A stretch of 64,000 nucleotides of DNA from positions 98,952,001 to 99,016,000 of the forward strand of contig OZ038378.1 in the NCBI GenBank assembly GCA_964036045.1. The letters run 5' to 3'. Shown piece by piece: positions 12,901 through 26,700 of this stretch (position 1 is its first letter; each line of letters begins with the position of its first letter). The stretch comes from Eutreptiella sp. 'Long Island Sound 2002' (lineage: Eukaryota > Protista > Euglenida). A model generated the notes under the pieces. The model was given only the letters and a program-made list of their open reading frames with translations, had not been told where the DNA came from and made no database searches. Both the position numbers and the translations under genes were made by a program.

Positions 12901-15500
12901 GCCATGCCAGGCCAGCCGGCGCACCAAGACCCGGCACCACACGAGCCGCATCCACCACACCGAGTCACGCGCACCAACCGACAGGCCCCGGACGGAGACA
13001 GAGGAGTACACCCACGTAGAGAGACACCGATAACGGCACGCGGCCAGAGCCAAAACCACCACACCCCAGGCGACGATCCGGGCCGCCCTCCACAGCAGAA
13101 GCCACCACATGGACACAGGGACACTAACACCGGGGGGGGGGGGAAGCAGAAAGGGCCACAACACCTGGGACGGGGAACGACACGGGGGCAGGATGAGGGA
13201 CGAACACCAACGGGAGGGGAACACGCCTAGCACCACCCATCCCCCAGAAGGCACAGAACACAACCACAACGAGGCACAGGCCCCAACGGAGGGCTCCCCC
13301 ACGAATACACGCCCGCCGTTCCTGGTCAACCCGCCCACGGTAACCAGCCAGAACAACTACCACGGGAGCCACACCCATCACGCCGAATAAGCCCCCCCCG
13401 CAGCCAGCCAACCGGATAACCCGAGCTACCAAGCTGCGAGCCTTGATCTCGCGGCCATCACCACATGCCGGACCAGGGAGTACAGAACAGACTAACCCAT
13501 GGAAAGCTAACCAACGGCCTAACTCGATCACACCGCGTCTCACCCCGGTAGTGGGGAAAAAACAGCCCCCAGCACGAAACACCGCAACACAGCGACCCGC
13601 CACACACTAACTGTCCGCCTAACCAACCCCACCACACAACACAAGCCAAGAGGCAGCAACTACCGGACAACCGACAGAGCCTCCCCCCCCCATCCCCCCC
13701 CAGCGAGGGCACCGGTCGCGACACCAGCAAACCCGGACAAACCCCCTCGCCCGACGCACACCACGGCCCGCCCGCACCAACCACCACAGGCCAAAGCTAG
13801 TCAAAACCCGCCAAACACCAAAACGTGGCACAGGGACCGGAGGAACACACCACCCCCAGAGAGGCACATCAGCCACCCCCGACCCCCCTGATCCCGCGCG
13901 CGGCGGAGGAACGGCTGGCTCAACCGCCCAGCCGGAAAAGCCAGAGCCTAACCCCCACTCAGCGAGACTGACTGCCAGCCCAGGCATGTACATAAACCAC
14001 CAGTAGAACAGAGTAACGGCACGGCCCGTGGCCACACACGACATGGCAACACGCCGCTGCACAGTCTGCAGTCCAGTTGGTCACACCGTTCGCCAACCAA
14101 TGCATGCACCGGCGAAGGGAGGGCAGATGGAGGACAAGGCAAACCCCCCACCAAAAGGAAAAAGGAGGGAGGGAGACCTCACGAATGAAAGAACAGAAAA
14201 CTGCCAAAAGAGGCCATAGGAACAGCCCTCCCCGCCCCACTAGGACAAATCCACCAACCTCTGGAGGCGGGAGCAGCAGGGGCAATGGCCACAAATCAGC
14301 GTAGGCAAAAAAATACCTCACCAAGGGAGGTAAATTCCGACCAGGCAGGAACAAGGACAGCGACCAGAAAACCCACGGCTGTGAAACCAGGAGACCACCT
14401 CGCCCAGCCCGGCGACACACTCCAGCCGGCAAAGACGAACCACAGCGGCCACGTGGCCACCTCGAAGCCAGACAAAAGACCACCCCAGGCAGGATAGCAC
14501 CGACTCCCCCGCCGAGGAAAGGGCAAACCACCAACCACAGGGCCGCGGACAGAGCAAGGACCGCCGGCAAGGGCACAGCAGCCCGCATCTGACACCAACA
14601 GTAAGCGCCGAAAAAAAAGGGAGGGGTGGCAGCGACCATGGGGACCACAATTGGAGGGGACAAGAGGCCACCCAACCCGGCACAGTGGAGGACAAGCCCC
14701 GACCAGCCGCAAAAAGGCGCACCAGCCACGAGGGACCCCACCACGGCCACCAACAGCGCGCAGCAAGGAAGAACTGGGAGCCACACCCGCAGGACCCCGT
14801 CCTCCCCGCAACCAACGACAGGTCCCAACAAGGAAGGGCGGGGCAACACCCGAAAGGCGAAGCACCACACTGGACCGACCACCGCCCGAGTCTCAGCCTA
14901 CGCCAACCTACACCCAAGGAGGGCGGAGAACGACAGCCACACAAGCCCCCCAAAGGAACGGCCAGGGACCCCCCACCACAAACGATGGCAGCCCAGCCAC
15001 GAGAGGCGCACCTCGGACAAATCCACACCGGACTACACGCCACGAACGCAAGCCAGGAATGCCAGGGTACAGCAGAGATCCACAGCAAAACGCTGGTCCC
15101 ACAAACCCGGAAAAGGCAGATGAGGTTATCACCAAACCCATACCCACACACGGACCGCAAGCCCCGGCCAAGACAGGCGGGGCTGGTCCGGAACCCTTAC
15201 CCACATACGCCCACCACGTACCCGTAGGCAAACGCGCGCACCACAGCACCCAACCAGGAAAGGCGAAGTACAGGCAAAACCTGTAGCCGCGCGCACAACC
15301 GGCAGGCCCTTGCCAGGAATGATGCAGAAAGGGCAAAAACTGAAACCTGAGAACACACAACACCAGCCCTAGCCAGGAAAGTCGGGACAACGACAAACCC
15401 CAACCCAAACGCGCGCAACTCGCAACAGTACAAAACCCAGTGTCCATAGCCCGGGTACTGAGGCAGCCCGTGCCATGCAGGTCACCTGGCCAAATGTGAC
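9990..15500 (+). mobile_element. C/A-skewed low-complexity block, probably the 5'/ORF1 region of another LINE-A-like element
   Basis: Same strand skew as LINE-A, Pro/Gln/His-rich frames, GCCAGGAA motif variants near 15050 and 15310-15380; no recognisable catalytic domain. Confidence 0.35.
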
Positions 15501-16729
15501 CCGGAGACGGGGGGTAAGGCTGCATCCTAAGGTCTGCGCTTCTTTTGGACTGGAGGCGGTGCATCTGACACCCAAGCATCTCGAAACCCATGGCATGCCT
15601 TGGTAAAGGGATTCGCCAGGAAGTCCGGTGGATTCTTAGGGTTCTGCCAAAAAGAGGGGACGTGCGCACGCACGGGGGCACAGCCTCCCGGCGAGACACG
15701 TTCATCAATCTGCCGGCGATTAGCCCTCTCGGTGTTGCCAGGGGCCGCTTTGTTGGGGGCCAGCAGTCAGGTCTAGCAGGATGTAAGCCGCCTGCCCTCT
15801 TCACGCGCAGAGCCTCTTCCATTACGTCACAGGGGCGACACCAGGGGGAAACATCGGGCGCCTCGCCACATCCGACAGCACCTACCTACCTACCTGGTCC
15901 ACTGCGGGCGTGCTTGCCCCGACCGGGACGCGTGAAGCATGCCACAGACCACGCTCTGCGGCCAGGACAAGCACCATTCTGGTCAGCTCCACTATGACTT
16001 CTTCCGCCAGCACGCCGTGGCCGCAACGGGTGTGCAGCGCCACTTCCGGCTGCCCTACGTGGGCGACTCCGTCGACAGCCTCTTGGATGTTACTGCTGCC
16101 ACGTGTGGTTTTGTCCTGGATTAAGCCTTGCGCTACGCCATAGCGTAGCGGGGCGCACACGGCAGCCTGCTCCGCCGGAGGCAGCGCCCCATTTTCAGCG
16201 GTGGGCTTGGAGTGTTGCCAGTGGCACCAGCCCTCTCCAGTGCAGTGCCCTCGCTGCCACGCCAGAAAGAGGGCCTGCATACTACCCGCCGGTGGGGTCG
16301 GTACCACTGGGGTGCTGTCCGCAGCAATTGCTGGGATCACCTCCTCGTACGAGTTCGCGTACTCTCGGGGAGGGCCCCCGCCGCGGTTCCAGCTTTCGAG
16401 CACTCTGATGACCTCATGCGCCTCGTCGAGTGCCAAAGGCTTTGGGACTTGCCGATTGATAGGTTTCGAAATAACTGTTTTTTGTGATTGATTGCTCTTT
16501 ACTAACCAAAATAATGCAATCAGCAAAAGAGGGCCCATACAAGTTGGAGCAGACGGATCAAAACTACTTCCGAAATTGTAATTCACGATCGGCCATCGCT
16601 TCTTGCTACCAAAGCCTCCGTTTAGTGCAAAAATGGCCCAAATGTACTGCCGAAAAGAACCCAGTAATTTTGAAACCATTCCGAATAATTGGTACAAATC
16701 CGTTTTCAAGAGAACCGGTTGTGCCCCTC

Positions 16730-17770
16730 CGGCTGCCCGCCCTTGGGGAAGGCGTTTGGGGTCCGCAGGACACATGCTGTGGGTGCAGGTGTGCAGGCGT
16801 GTGAGCCCGGCATTGGCCCCTTGTCTTGCATGCCCTGCTGGGTGTTGCATGCTGCGGGGATGGCGGGAGATTGCCCGTGGGGAGTTCCTCTCCCCGCTGT
16901 GAGGGGCGTCTGGGGTGAGGGGCTCTCTCTCTCCCGGCTGCCCAACCCTGGGGCAGACAGCCGTGGTCTGCTGCCTGTGTCTCCCAGCAGCAGTGGGGTG
17001 CTGCTATGGGGGCGAGGCACCGACCCTCCAGCGCAAGCTCTCGCAAGCTGGCGTTGCGCGCTGTGAGGGTGACAGGAGGGCATCCCCCGGGGAGTTGCCC
17101 CGTGTCTTTGTGAGGGGCGTCTGGGGACAGGTGCTCAACCACTCCTGGCTACCCCTCCTTTGGGCAGGCAATTGGGGTCCGCTACGCATGTGCTTGCCCC
17201 TTGGTATGCTTGCCCTGCTCAGCGTTGCGTGCCGCGGGGGTGGCGGGAGGCTGCCAGGGGAAGGGGCTCCTCGCGCTGTTGTGAGGGGCGTCTTGGAGTA
17301 GGTGCTCTCCCTCCGCCGGCTGTCCATCCTGGAGCAGGCAGTCGGGGTCCGCTGCCCGCATGCTGTGGGTGCGGGTGTGCAGGCCTGGGCCCTGGCACTG
17401 ACTGGCCCCTTGACCTTCTTGCCCTGCTAGGCGCTGCGTACCACAGGGTTGGCCTGAGGTTGCCCGGCGGGGGGGGGGGGGGGCTCCTTGCCCGGTAGTG
17501 AGGGGCGTCTGGGGGTTAGGCGATCTCCCTCTTCCAGCTGCCCGTCCTTGGGGCAGGTAGTTGCAGTCCACTGCCCACATCCTCTGGGTGCGGCTGTGCA
17601 GGCATGGGGACCCGGCACTGACCCTTTGGCTTGCGTGCCGTGCTGGGCGTTTCTTGCCGCAGGGGTGGCGGGAGGTTGCCGGGCCGGGGTCTCCTCTCGC
17701 CGTTGTGAGGGGCATCCGGGGTTAGGCGCTTCTCCCGCTCCAGGCTGCTCGTCTCAGGGGCAGGCAGCCA
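16730..17770. repeat. Degenerate G-rich tandem repeat, ~170-217-bp units (~5 copies)
   Basis: Anchor GTGAGGGGC at about 16899, 17110, 17281, 17498 and 17705; shared GTGTGCAGGC...GGCACTG segments. Confidence 0.8.
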
Positions 17771-17774
17771 GGCC

Positions 17775-18300
17775 TGTTGCCGGTGGCGAAACAACACACA
17801 TGACCACACATACCACATGCCGTCACACATGCGGAGGGTGCTAGGCATCTGCTACACACAGTATCCACTAATCACACACTCGCATGCAGTAAAAGACAGA
17901 AAGCAACATGTCTCCGTCATATGTATGACTTGTTTCCGTGAGAACTCAATTCATGGTATTAGCACTCATTATTTGCAGTGTTGCAATGCTGCTGAACCTC
18001 TGTGCCATTAGCTTACGTTTTTCCTGGCTTTTTGACTCACGTCACACATGCCGCTTGGTTACTTTACTTATACCCCAGCACTGCTACATACTATGTATGC
18101 TCCTATGTGCACTACAGAACCCATAGCGAAGAATCTTCACTGTTGCCTGCTTTGCTCTGAGTACACGCACACAAACAGACGCACAAAAAGGCACAACACA
18201 AACAAGCAAACGCACCCACACTGCCACATCCAGAAGGCACAAACACAATTACACTGAACAAACATATTTTGCTTGCAAACACGGTGAGCCAGTGTCCCAT
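17775..18300 (+). mobile_element. Putative 5' LTR/leader of the Copia element (copy A)
   Basis: Composition switches abruptly at TGTTG (17775), upstream of a gag fragment. No second LTR or convincing PBS was found in the window. Confidence 0.35.
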
Positions 18301-18719
18301 CAGATCATCCACTGTTCAGCCAGTTCACAATTTGCTAATTGTCATAGAAGCAGTGTATAGTTTTCTTTTCTTTTGGCATTTAACTGCCCCAGCTGGCAGA
18401 GGATGTTTTGTTTCTTGCTTTTTTTCTTCTTACAAAAAACAAACTTTGAAAGCTGGCACACTCCACCCAGCACCCTGCAGCCTACCAGGCACACACAGAG
18501 TGACATCTCTGCTGTTCTCTTTGGGGAAACTGCTCCATTTTTGCAGTGTTGTGAAAAAACTCTGTACATACTGTGAGTCTGTCCACTTGGCACTAGATGA
18601 AGCCACAGGTACACGGTCTTGGTGGGCGCAAGGTTACAGGTGTGCTCGATGGACCCAGAGGGAGCCGTAGAAAACCAGGGACAGCCACGAAATCCCCCTG
18701 TATATACCACTGTGCATAA

Positions 18720-18918
18720 TGGAACCCAAAAGAACCCACAGAGATGTTGACATACTTAAAGAGGTTTGAACAATACTTGGGAAATTGCGACACTGGTAGC
18801 AGCCTCTGATTGATGGCAGATCAAGAGCACGATGAGCAAGGTAAGCCAATCGGTTTGACGCTGAAAGATTTGTGTGGCGGTCATGTTCTTGCTGATACTA
18901 TGCTTCATGTTCCTGAAC
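18720..18918 (+). pseudogene. gag: Copia gag N-terminal fragment, uninterrupted (empty-site) allele
   Basis: MLTYLKRFEQYLGNCDTGSSL*LMADQEHDEQGKPIGLTLKDLCGG, in frame with the ORF at 30971; truncated at 18918. Confidence 0.55.
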
Positions 18919-19100
18919 CAAACCCATAGCGAAGAATCTTCACTGTTGCCTGCTTTGCTCTGAGTACACGCACACAAACAGACGCACAAAAAGGCACAAC
19001 ACAAACAAGCAAACGCACCCACACTGCCACATCCAGAAGGCACAAACACAATTACACTGAACAAACATATTTTGCTTGCAAACACGGTGAGCCAGTGTCC
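18919..19100 (+). repeat. ~180-bp templated insertion at the duplication junction
   Basis: Near-identical to 18118-18298. Confidence 0.9.
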
Positions 19101-19747
19101 TATCATCATCGGCAACATGAACGCCGCCCCCAGCCCGGCGGACCGCGGGGCGCAGGCCACACTCCAGGACCACGCAGTCCGCAACTCCATCGACAGGCTG
19201 GGGCTCGTCAACCTGACTGCTGGCCTGGAAGGCCAACCATCCTATTTTTCCCGCCAACCAAAGGCTGCCCGCTCCCGCATCAACATTTGCTACGGCAACC
19301 CCACCACCATCATTCGGGCAGACGCCCGGTACGGCCGGCTCCCGCTGGGACCCACAGGCCATAGGCCCTTACACCTCCGCCTCACCATCCCCATCCTTCC
19401 CCCAGACCCCCCGGAGGATGCAAATGAGGCTTGCCACATCCCCTAACAATGCCCCCAATGCACGACAAGCAGGCCCGGTCCCGGTATCATAGGGCCATAG
19501 ACCGCACTTGGCCCCCATGACACGACCAGACTAACCTTCTCACAGCCATCCGCACGCCTGCGGCTTCCAGCAGCAACCCCAGGATGAGAACGACCAACCA
19601 CCCACAGCCGTGGAGGATGTGCTCCATGCATTCTGGCACACAAAGCAGCACTTGGTGACCCTTCTCCACATCGACACCCCGCAAGCCCGCCACCAAATAC
19701 ACGGTTACAGAACGCAGATAGCGCACATCAGGGCGGACCTGCAGCAG

Positions 19748-20090
19748 CGGTTTGAGGTTTGAGGTTTGATTTTGCGGGTACTAGACGCCTTTCGGCCCCG
19801 GGGGGCCAGCTGGTTGGGCCAGGTGATATCCTCCCCGACAGGAGCTAGTAGGAGGCCCGTCATGACACACCTCCTGCCTGGTGGCGGAGTCCCCCGGGTT
19901 CAAAGGGCTCGGAGCCCTGTCCCTCCCCGGCTTCCCCATTTTGTCACTCCCCGGTCAGTGCGTCGCTTAGCAGCCGTAGCTGCAGGCGCTTACCCACCGC
20001 GTCGCCCCCCTGATGCCTGGTCGCCCGGGGCGCCGGCGCTGCGGGGCCCGTGCTACTGGCTTGTCACCAGTGGGAACCCCGTGGGCTGGC
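19748..20090 (-). mobile_element. Duplicate of the 343-bp SINE-like insertion
   Basis: Same TSD GCGGACCTGCAGCAG at 19733-19747 and 20091-20105; same GGTTTGA repeats at the left end. Confidence 0.9.
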
Positions 20091-20105
20091 GCGGACCTGC
20101 AGCAG

Positions 20106-20770
20106 TGGCGTATTCATAGACAACAGTGCATCACCCAAGAACATGAGCGATACAAACACCACAGTCTCCACTACAAAGCCATATGCCACCTGCACAACAC
20201 CATGACCCGCACCAGCCGGCGCACCATCACTACAGTCCGGCAGGAGGATGGCTCCCTGACCAAGGACCCAGCCACAGTGCCTCCAGGCCACACAGGACAG
20301 CTTCCCCCACCAGCACACCCCCACCCATCCTAGGACACACTAGACACAGACACCCAAAACGTCATCGATCGCCTCCACCAGGTCTTCAACCACTCGCAGA
20401 GGAGGCAACCGGAGAAGCGCCCCTTCACCATCCACGAAGTCCAGAAGGCCATCCACAGTCTCCGGAAACACAGAAGCCTGGGCTAAGACAGCCCCCCTGC
20501 GGAGGCATACTCCCGGCTCCTCCGCCTCCTCGACCAACGCCCGTGGGACATCGTCACGGGACAGACCCCCCTACCACCGAACTGGGCCAACGTTGTCCGC
20601 CCCCTCTCCAAAAAGGGGGACTGGGCCAACCTGGACAACTGGCACCCCAAAGTGTGTGCAGTAACGGACGTCAAGATCGTTCGAACCATCCTCCTGTGCG
20701 GCATCTGCCCCCACTCGGACACCCTCATACCCGCCAGCCTCAGGAAAGCTATCTCGGGCCGGTCCCGAAC
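20106..20770 (+). pseudogene. Duplicate LINE-A RT N-terminal fragment
   Basis: Copy of 9324-9990 (KKGDWANLDNWHP). Confidence 0.8.
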
Positions 20771-23700
20771 AAATGGCCCGAACTCGCCCAGCGCGCACGG
20801 CCCGAGCCCCGCGACACTGAATCTCCCCCCTGATCCGAAAGCCAGCACATACCCGCCACAGATAGCCTCACGACGCCTGACCCGCCGCCCCCCACACCCC
20901 CGCCACACAGAGCCCCACGCCCCACAACACGCCCGCCCCACCCCAGCGGCCCCAACACGCCTATCGCAGAGAGCCCCATAAGCCTACGCCTGCCCGGCCA
21001 GGCGCCCGAATGCAGCCCGGGCGAACCGTTCCCCCCCTTGGGCACTGAGGAGCATGCCCTCGTAAATTGAAGCAGCCGGGACCAGCCCAACCTGTTTCGT
21101 GGGGACCGCAGCCCGACGCCTCCCTGCAAGCTGCTGCCGGCCACATCGACACCTGGACCCCTGGATCACAACCGGCTGCCTGCAGCCGCCCGCCTCGAAC
21201 CCCGAGCCCGAGGATATGATCTCCATCCTCCCTGCTGTGGCGTCGGCGGAGGCCGCCACAGCCCGCAAGGCTGCCGCCACCCGCATGACAGCACGACCCG
21301 CATCTTCCAAGACCACTACGTCCTCCCATCCTCCTCCTCATTCTCATCCTTGTAATCGACCTCCTAGCCCCTCATCGCCGCCCTCATCCACAAGTCCACG
21401 GCCAAAGCAAAGTCCAAAGCTGCAGTCAGAAAGCAGGCTGCTGGCGCCCCCCCGACCGACACTCAGGCGGTTGCCGCACCCCAGCAGCAACCCACGAATC
21501 CCTTCGACCCTGAGTTGGTCCCTGCGCACCTCCAGGACAACGTCTTCGTCCACCTCAAGCCGTTTCCCCGACCCCAGCCCGACCCCAAGCAGCAGCCGCA
21601 GCCGCAGCCCGAGGGACAGCACCAACACCACAACCACCACCGGCACCACCATTACCACCACAGGCAGCTTCAACGCCAACAGCAACAACACAGGCGGCAG
21701 CAGCAATAACAGAAGGGCCCCCGCCACCACAACCCCACACCAACCACATCCGGGCCCCCCTGCCCCCGGCACTAGCCGCCACCACGGAGGCGGCCACGCA
21801 ACACGACCTTATCCAAACGCTCGTCCACATCCCCATCCCCAAGCGCCCCACCATCCGGCCCCCACAAACCACTGCCGCCGCTGGCCCGACAGCCCCGGGG
21901 ACCCCTCGACCGCGGTCTCGGTCAAACTCAAACCCCAACCCGCCCCACCTGCCCACCAACCCCGGCAGCCCTGAGCGCTGCAAATGATGCCCGAGCTCCT
22001 TATCTCACCGAAGCGCCAAGGCAACCGGGGGGCATGCCCGCAGCTCCGGCACCACCACCACCCTCAGCACCACCAAAACCACCATCCCCGGCACCACCAC
22101 AACCACCATCCCCGGCACCACCAGCACCACCACCAGCACCACGGCCACCCCCAGCACCACCAACACCGACAAAACCACCACCATCACCCTCAACACCACC
22201 ACCACCACCACCGCCGAACACCCTACCTCACCAGCCCACAACCCATGCACAGGCAACACCACCACCTGGGGGGGGATGCAAGAACCACCGGGCGCCCAAC
22301 CCCACTACCCGCCCTACAACCAGGAGCTGCGCCCCCCCTTACCAGCAACCGTATCTGCACAGCCTAAACGCCAACGCCGGAGGGGGCCAGCCCCCCCAAG
22401 GCCACGCTCATCCGGGGCAGCCCCGTCAGGTACCACTGGACCCGTACCACCTGCCACCCCCACCACCACACCCGCCCCATCCGGCGCAACCCCCTTACAC
22501 AGCGGATCCACACGGGGCAGGAAGTCTTACCCCTCCCCCCCCGTACGCAGCAGAACCGCACGATGCCCCCCTGGCACGACTGACGCCGTGCAAATGGCCT
22601 GGCTCGCCCCGCTAGGAAGCCCGCTCTTGAAAACGGCGCCGCTCCCCCTCCCCGCCCGAAGGAGGTTCCCAACCCCGCCTCTCCAGCTCCCCGCAGCCCG
22701 AGCGCGCTTCCCAGACACCGAGGCGCCACCGTAACTCCCCAGGGCCCCCCTCCAGCCACCCCCCCGCTCCCTGCGACGCCGCCCAATAAGCCGCCGCCGC
22801 CGCCTGTCCAAGTCCCCCTCCCCGCACCAACTGCGCCACCAGCCCCACGTTTCTCCCACCCCACACCACCATCACACGTCTGCTACCTGCAGCCCCCCCC
22901 GCCGCCGATCCCGGACCCCGAGCTTGGAGCCCTCTCGCTACCCCCCCTCCGCCCTTCCCTTGTGGTCCGCTCCCGCCCTGCAGTATCTCTGTCGCTTGGT
23001 GAATCGGGCAGTGGAGCGAGCTGCCGTGAGGGGCACCACCGGCTCCACATCTCTGGCGAAGTCCTTGCCAGCAACCCCCACAACCCCGAAGAAAACCCCC
23101 CTGGAGGCCGCCATGCCACAGAGCGCATGGGAAACGCTTCTCTGGGTCGTGGTTCAGCTCCCTCCCCCCCCTTCACCCCTAAAGCCCCCTGCCGGTGGAT
23201 CCAAACCACCCACCCCCATGCATGGTCCATCGGCACTCCACAAGCCACACCACCACCCCACCACCACTCCACCACCAAGGCGGCGGCAAGGGAGGGGGCA
23301 AAGAGAAGTTTTCCGGCAAAGGGGCAAAGAAGGGCGCAACGTGAGGGGAGTACACCCACGGGAAAAGGGACACCGAGAGCACCACAAGGCAACAACACAA
23401 GAAGGACAAGGGAGAAAACTAGGGATGGTGCACGCAACAAGGACAAAAACCGAGGCAAACAGCCACAGAGGGGAAAGGGCCAGCTGCAAGTCCTTGCAGC
23501 CAGCTGGGCTGACACCGCCCCATCCCGGCACACTGAGTTAGCTCAAACCACCCCACCACGTACCACCCACCACACTTCCACCATGGTCTGCACCACACCC
23601 AGGAGAGGAGGGTCACCCACAGGACACCACTGCACCAGGGCACGGTCCCCCAAGAGGGGCGATCCCAGGGCACACGGCCGCCATGCCAGGCCAGCCGGCG

Positions 23701-26700
23701 CACCAAGACCGGGCACCACACGAGCCGCATCCACCACACCGAGTCATGCGCACCAACCGACAGGCCCCGGACGGAGTCAGAGGAGTACACCCACGAGGAG
23801 AGACACCGATAACGGCACGCGTCCAGAGCCAAAACCACCACACCCCAGGCGACGATCCGGGCCGCCCTCCACAGCAGAAGCCACCACATGGACACAGGGA
23901 CACTAACACCGGGGGGGGGGGAAGCAAAAAGGGCCACAACACCTTGGACGGGGAACGACACGGGGGCAGGATGAGGGACGAACACCAACGGGAGGGGAAC
24001 ACGCCTAGCACCACCCATCCCCCAGAAGGCACAGAACACAACCACAACGAGGCACAGGCCCCAACGGAGGGCTCCCCCACGAATACACGCCCGCCGTTCC
24101 TGGTCAACCCGCCCACCGTAACCAGCCACAACAACTACCACGGGAGCCACACCCATCACGCCGAATATACCCCCCCCGCAGCCAGCCAACCGGATAACCC
24201 GAGCTACCAAGCTGCGAGCCTTGATCTCGCGGCCATCACCACATGCCGGACCAGGGAGTACAGAACGGACTAACCCATGGAAAGCTAACCAACGGCCTAA
24301 CTCGATCACACCGCGTCTCACCCCGGTAGTGGGGAAAACACAGCCCCCAGCACGAAACACCGCAACACAGCGACCCGCCACACACTAACTGTCCGCCTAA
24401 CCAACCCCACCACACAACACAAGCAACTACCGGACAACCGACGGAGCCCCCCCCCCCATACCCACAGAGCGAGGGCACCGGTCGCGACACCAGCAAACCC
24501 GGACAAACCCCCTCCTCCGACGCTCACAACGGCCCGCCCGCACGAACCACCAAGGCCAAAGCTAGTTTAAACCCGCCAAACACCAAAACGTGGCACAGGG
24601 ACCGGAGGAACACACCACCCCCAGAGAGGCACACCAGCCACCCCCGACCCCCCTGATCCCGCGCGCGGCGGATGAACGGCTGGCGCAACCGCCCAGCCGG
24701 AAAAGCCAGAGCCTAACTCCCACTCAGCGAGACTGACTGCCAGCCCAGGCATGTACATAAACCACCAGTCGAACAGAGTAACGGCACGGCCCGAGGCCAC
24801 ACACGACATGGCAACACGCCGCTGCACAGTCTGCAGTCCAGTTGGTCACACCGTTCGCCGACCAGTGCATGCACCGGCGAAGGGAGGGCAGATGGAGGAC
24901 AAGGCAAACCCCCCACCCAAAGGAAAAAGGAGGGAGGGGGACCTCACGAATGAAAGAACAGAAAACTGCCAAAAGAGGCCATAGGAACAGCCCTCCTCGC
25001 CCCACTAGGACAAATCCACCAACCTCGGGAGGCGGGAGCAGCAGGGGCAATGGCCACAAATCAGCGTAGGCGAAAAAATACCCCATCAAGGGATGCGACC
25101 AGAAACCCCACGGCTGTGAAACCAGGAGACCACCTCGCCCAGCCCGGCGACACACTCCAGCCGGCAAAGACGAACCACAGCAGCCACGTGGCCACCTCCA
25201 AGCCAGACAAAAGACCACCCCAGGCAGGATAGCACCGACCCCCCCGCCGAGGAAAGGGCAAACCACCAACCACAGGGCTGCGGACAGAGCAAGGACCGCC
25301 GGCAAGGGCACAGCAGCCCGCATCTGACACCAACAATAAGCGACGAAAAAAAAGGGAGGGGTGGCGGCGACCATGGGGACCACAATTGGAGGGGACAAGA
25401 GGCCACCCAACCCGGCACAGTAGATGACAAGCCCCGACCAGCCGCAACAAGGCGCACCAGCCACGAGGGACCCCACCAGAACAGGCAAAACAACCACCCA
25501 CCACGGCCACCAACGGCCCGCAGCAAGGAAGAACTGGGAGCCACACCCGCAGGACCCCGTCCTCCCCGCAACCAACGACAAGTGCCAACAGGGAAGGGCG
25601 GGGCAACACCCGAAAGGCGCAGCACCACACTGGACCGACCACCGCCCGAGCCTCAGCCTACGCCAACCTACACCCAAGGAGGGCGGAGAACGACAGCCAC
25701 ACAAGCCCCCCCAAGGAACGGCCAGGGAACCCCCACCACAAACGATGGCAGCTCAGCCACGAGAGGCGCACCTCGGACAAATCCACACCGGACTACACGC
25801 CACGAACGCAAGCCAGGAATGCCAGGGTACAGCAGAGATCCACAGCAAAACGCTGGTCCCACAAACCCGGAAAAGGCAGATGAGGTTATCACCAAACCCA
25901 TACCCACACACGGACCGCAAGCCCCGGCCAAGACAGGCGGGGCTGGTCCGGAACCCTTACCCACATACGCCCACCACGTACCCGTGCGCAAACGCGCGCA
26001 CCACAGCACCAAACCAGGAAAGGCGAAGTACAGGCAAAACCTGTAGCCGCGCGCAGGACCGGCAGGCCCTTGCCAGGAATGATGCAGAAAGGGCAAAAAC
26101 TGAAACCTGAGGACACACAACACCAGCCCTAGCCAGGAAAGTCGGGACAACGGCAAACCCCAACCCAAACGCGCGCAACTCGCAACAGTACAAAAACCAG
26201 TGTCCATAGCCCGGGTACTGAGGCAGCCCGTGCCATGCAGGTCACCTGGCCAAATGTGACCCGGAGACGGGGGGTAAGGCTGCATCCTAAGGTCTGCGCT
26301 TCTCTTGGACTGGAGGCGGTGCAGCTGACACCCAAGCATCTCCAAACCCATGCCATGCCTTGGTAACGGGATTCGCCAGGAAGTCCGGTGGATTCTTAGG
26401 GTTCTGCCCAAAAGAGGGGACGTGCGCACGCACGGGGGCACAGCCTCCTGGCGAGACACGTTCATCAATCTGCCGGCGATTAGCCCTCTCGGTGTTGCCA
26501 GGGACCGCTTTGTTGGGGGCCAGCAGTCAGGTCTACCGGGATGTAAGCCGCCTGCCCTCTTCACGCGCAGAGCCTCATCCATTACGTCACAGGGGCGACG
26601 CCAGAGGGAAACATGGGGCGCCTCTCTACAACCGATAGCACCTACCTACCTACCTGGTCCACTGCGGGCGTGCTTGCCGCACCCGGGACGCGTGAAGCAT

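Larger units (their letters stand above)
8318..18918 (+). repeat. Copy A of ~10.8-kb tandem segmental duplication
   Basis: Near-identical, with scattered substitutions and indels, to 19100-29550 plus 30952-31080; offset ~10.78 kb. Confidence 0.95.

Noticed and set aside
15882-16850. 322-aa minus-strand ORF (and 26642-27535) as a real gene
   Set aside because: Spans three compositionally distinct segments, has no recognisable domain, and persists only because it lies in a recent duplication.
18600-18640. TGGTGGGCGC as primer-binding site, and a complete LTR pair
   Set aside because: Not preceded by an LTR-terminal CA, and no second LTR copy was seen after 35520 or 43010.
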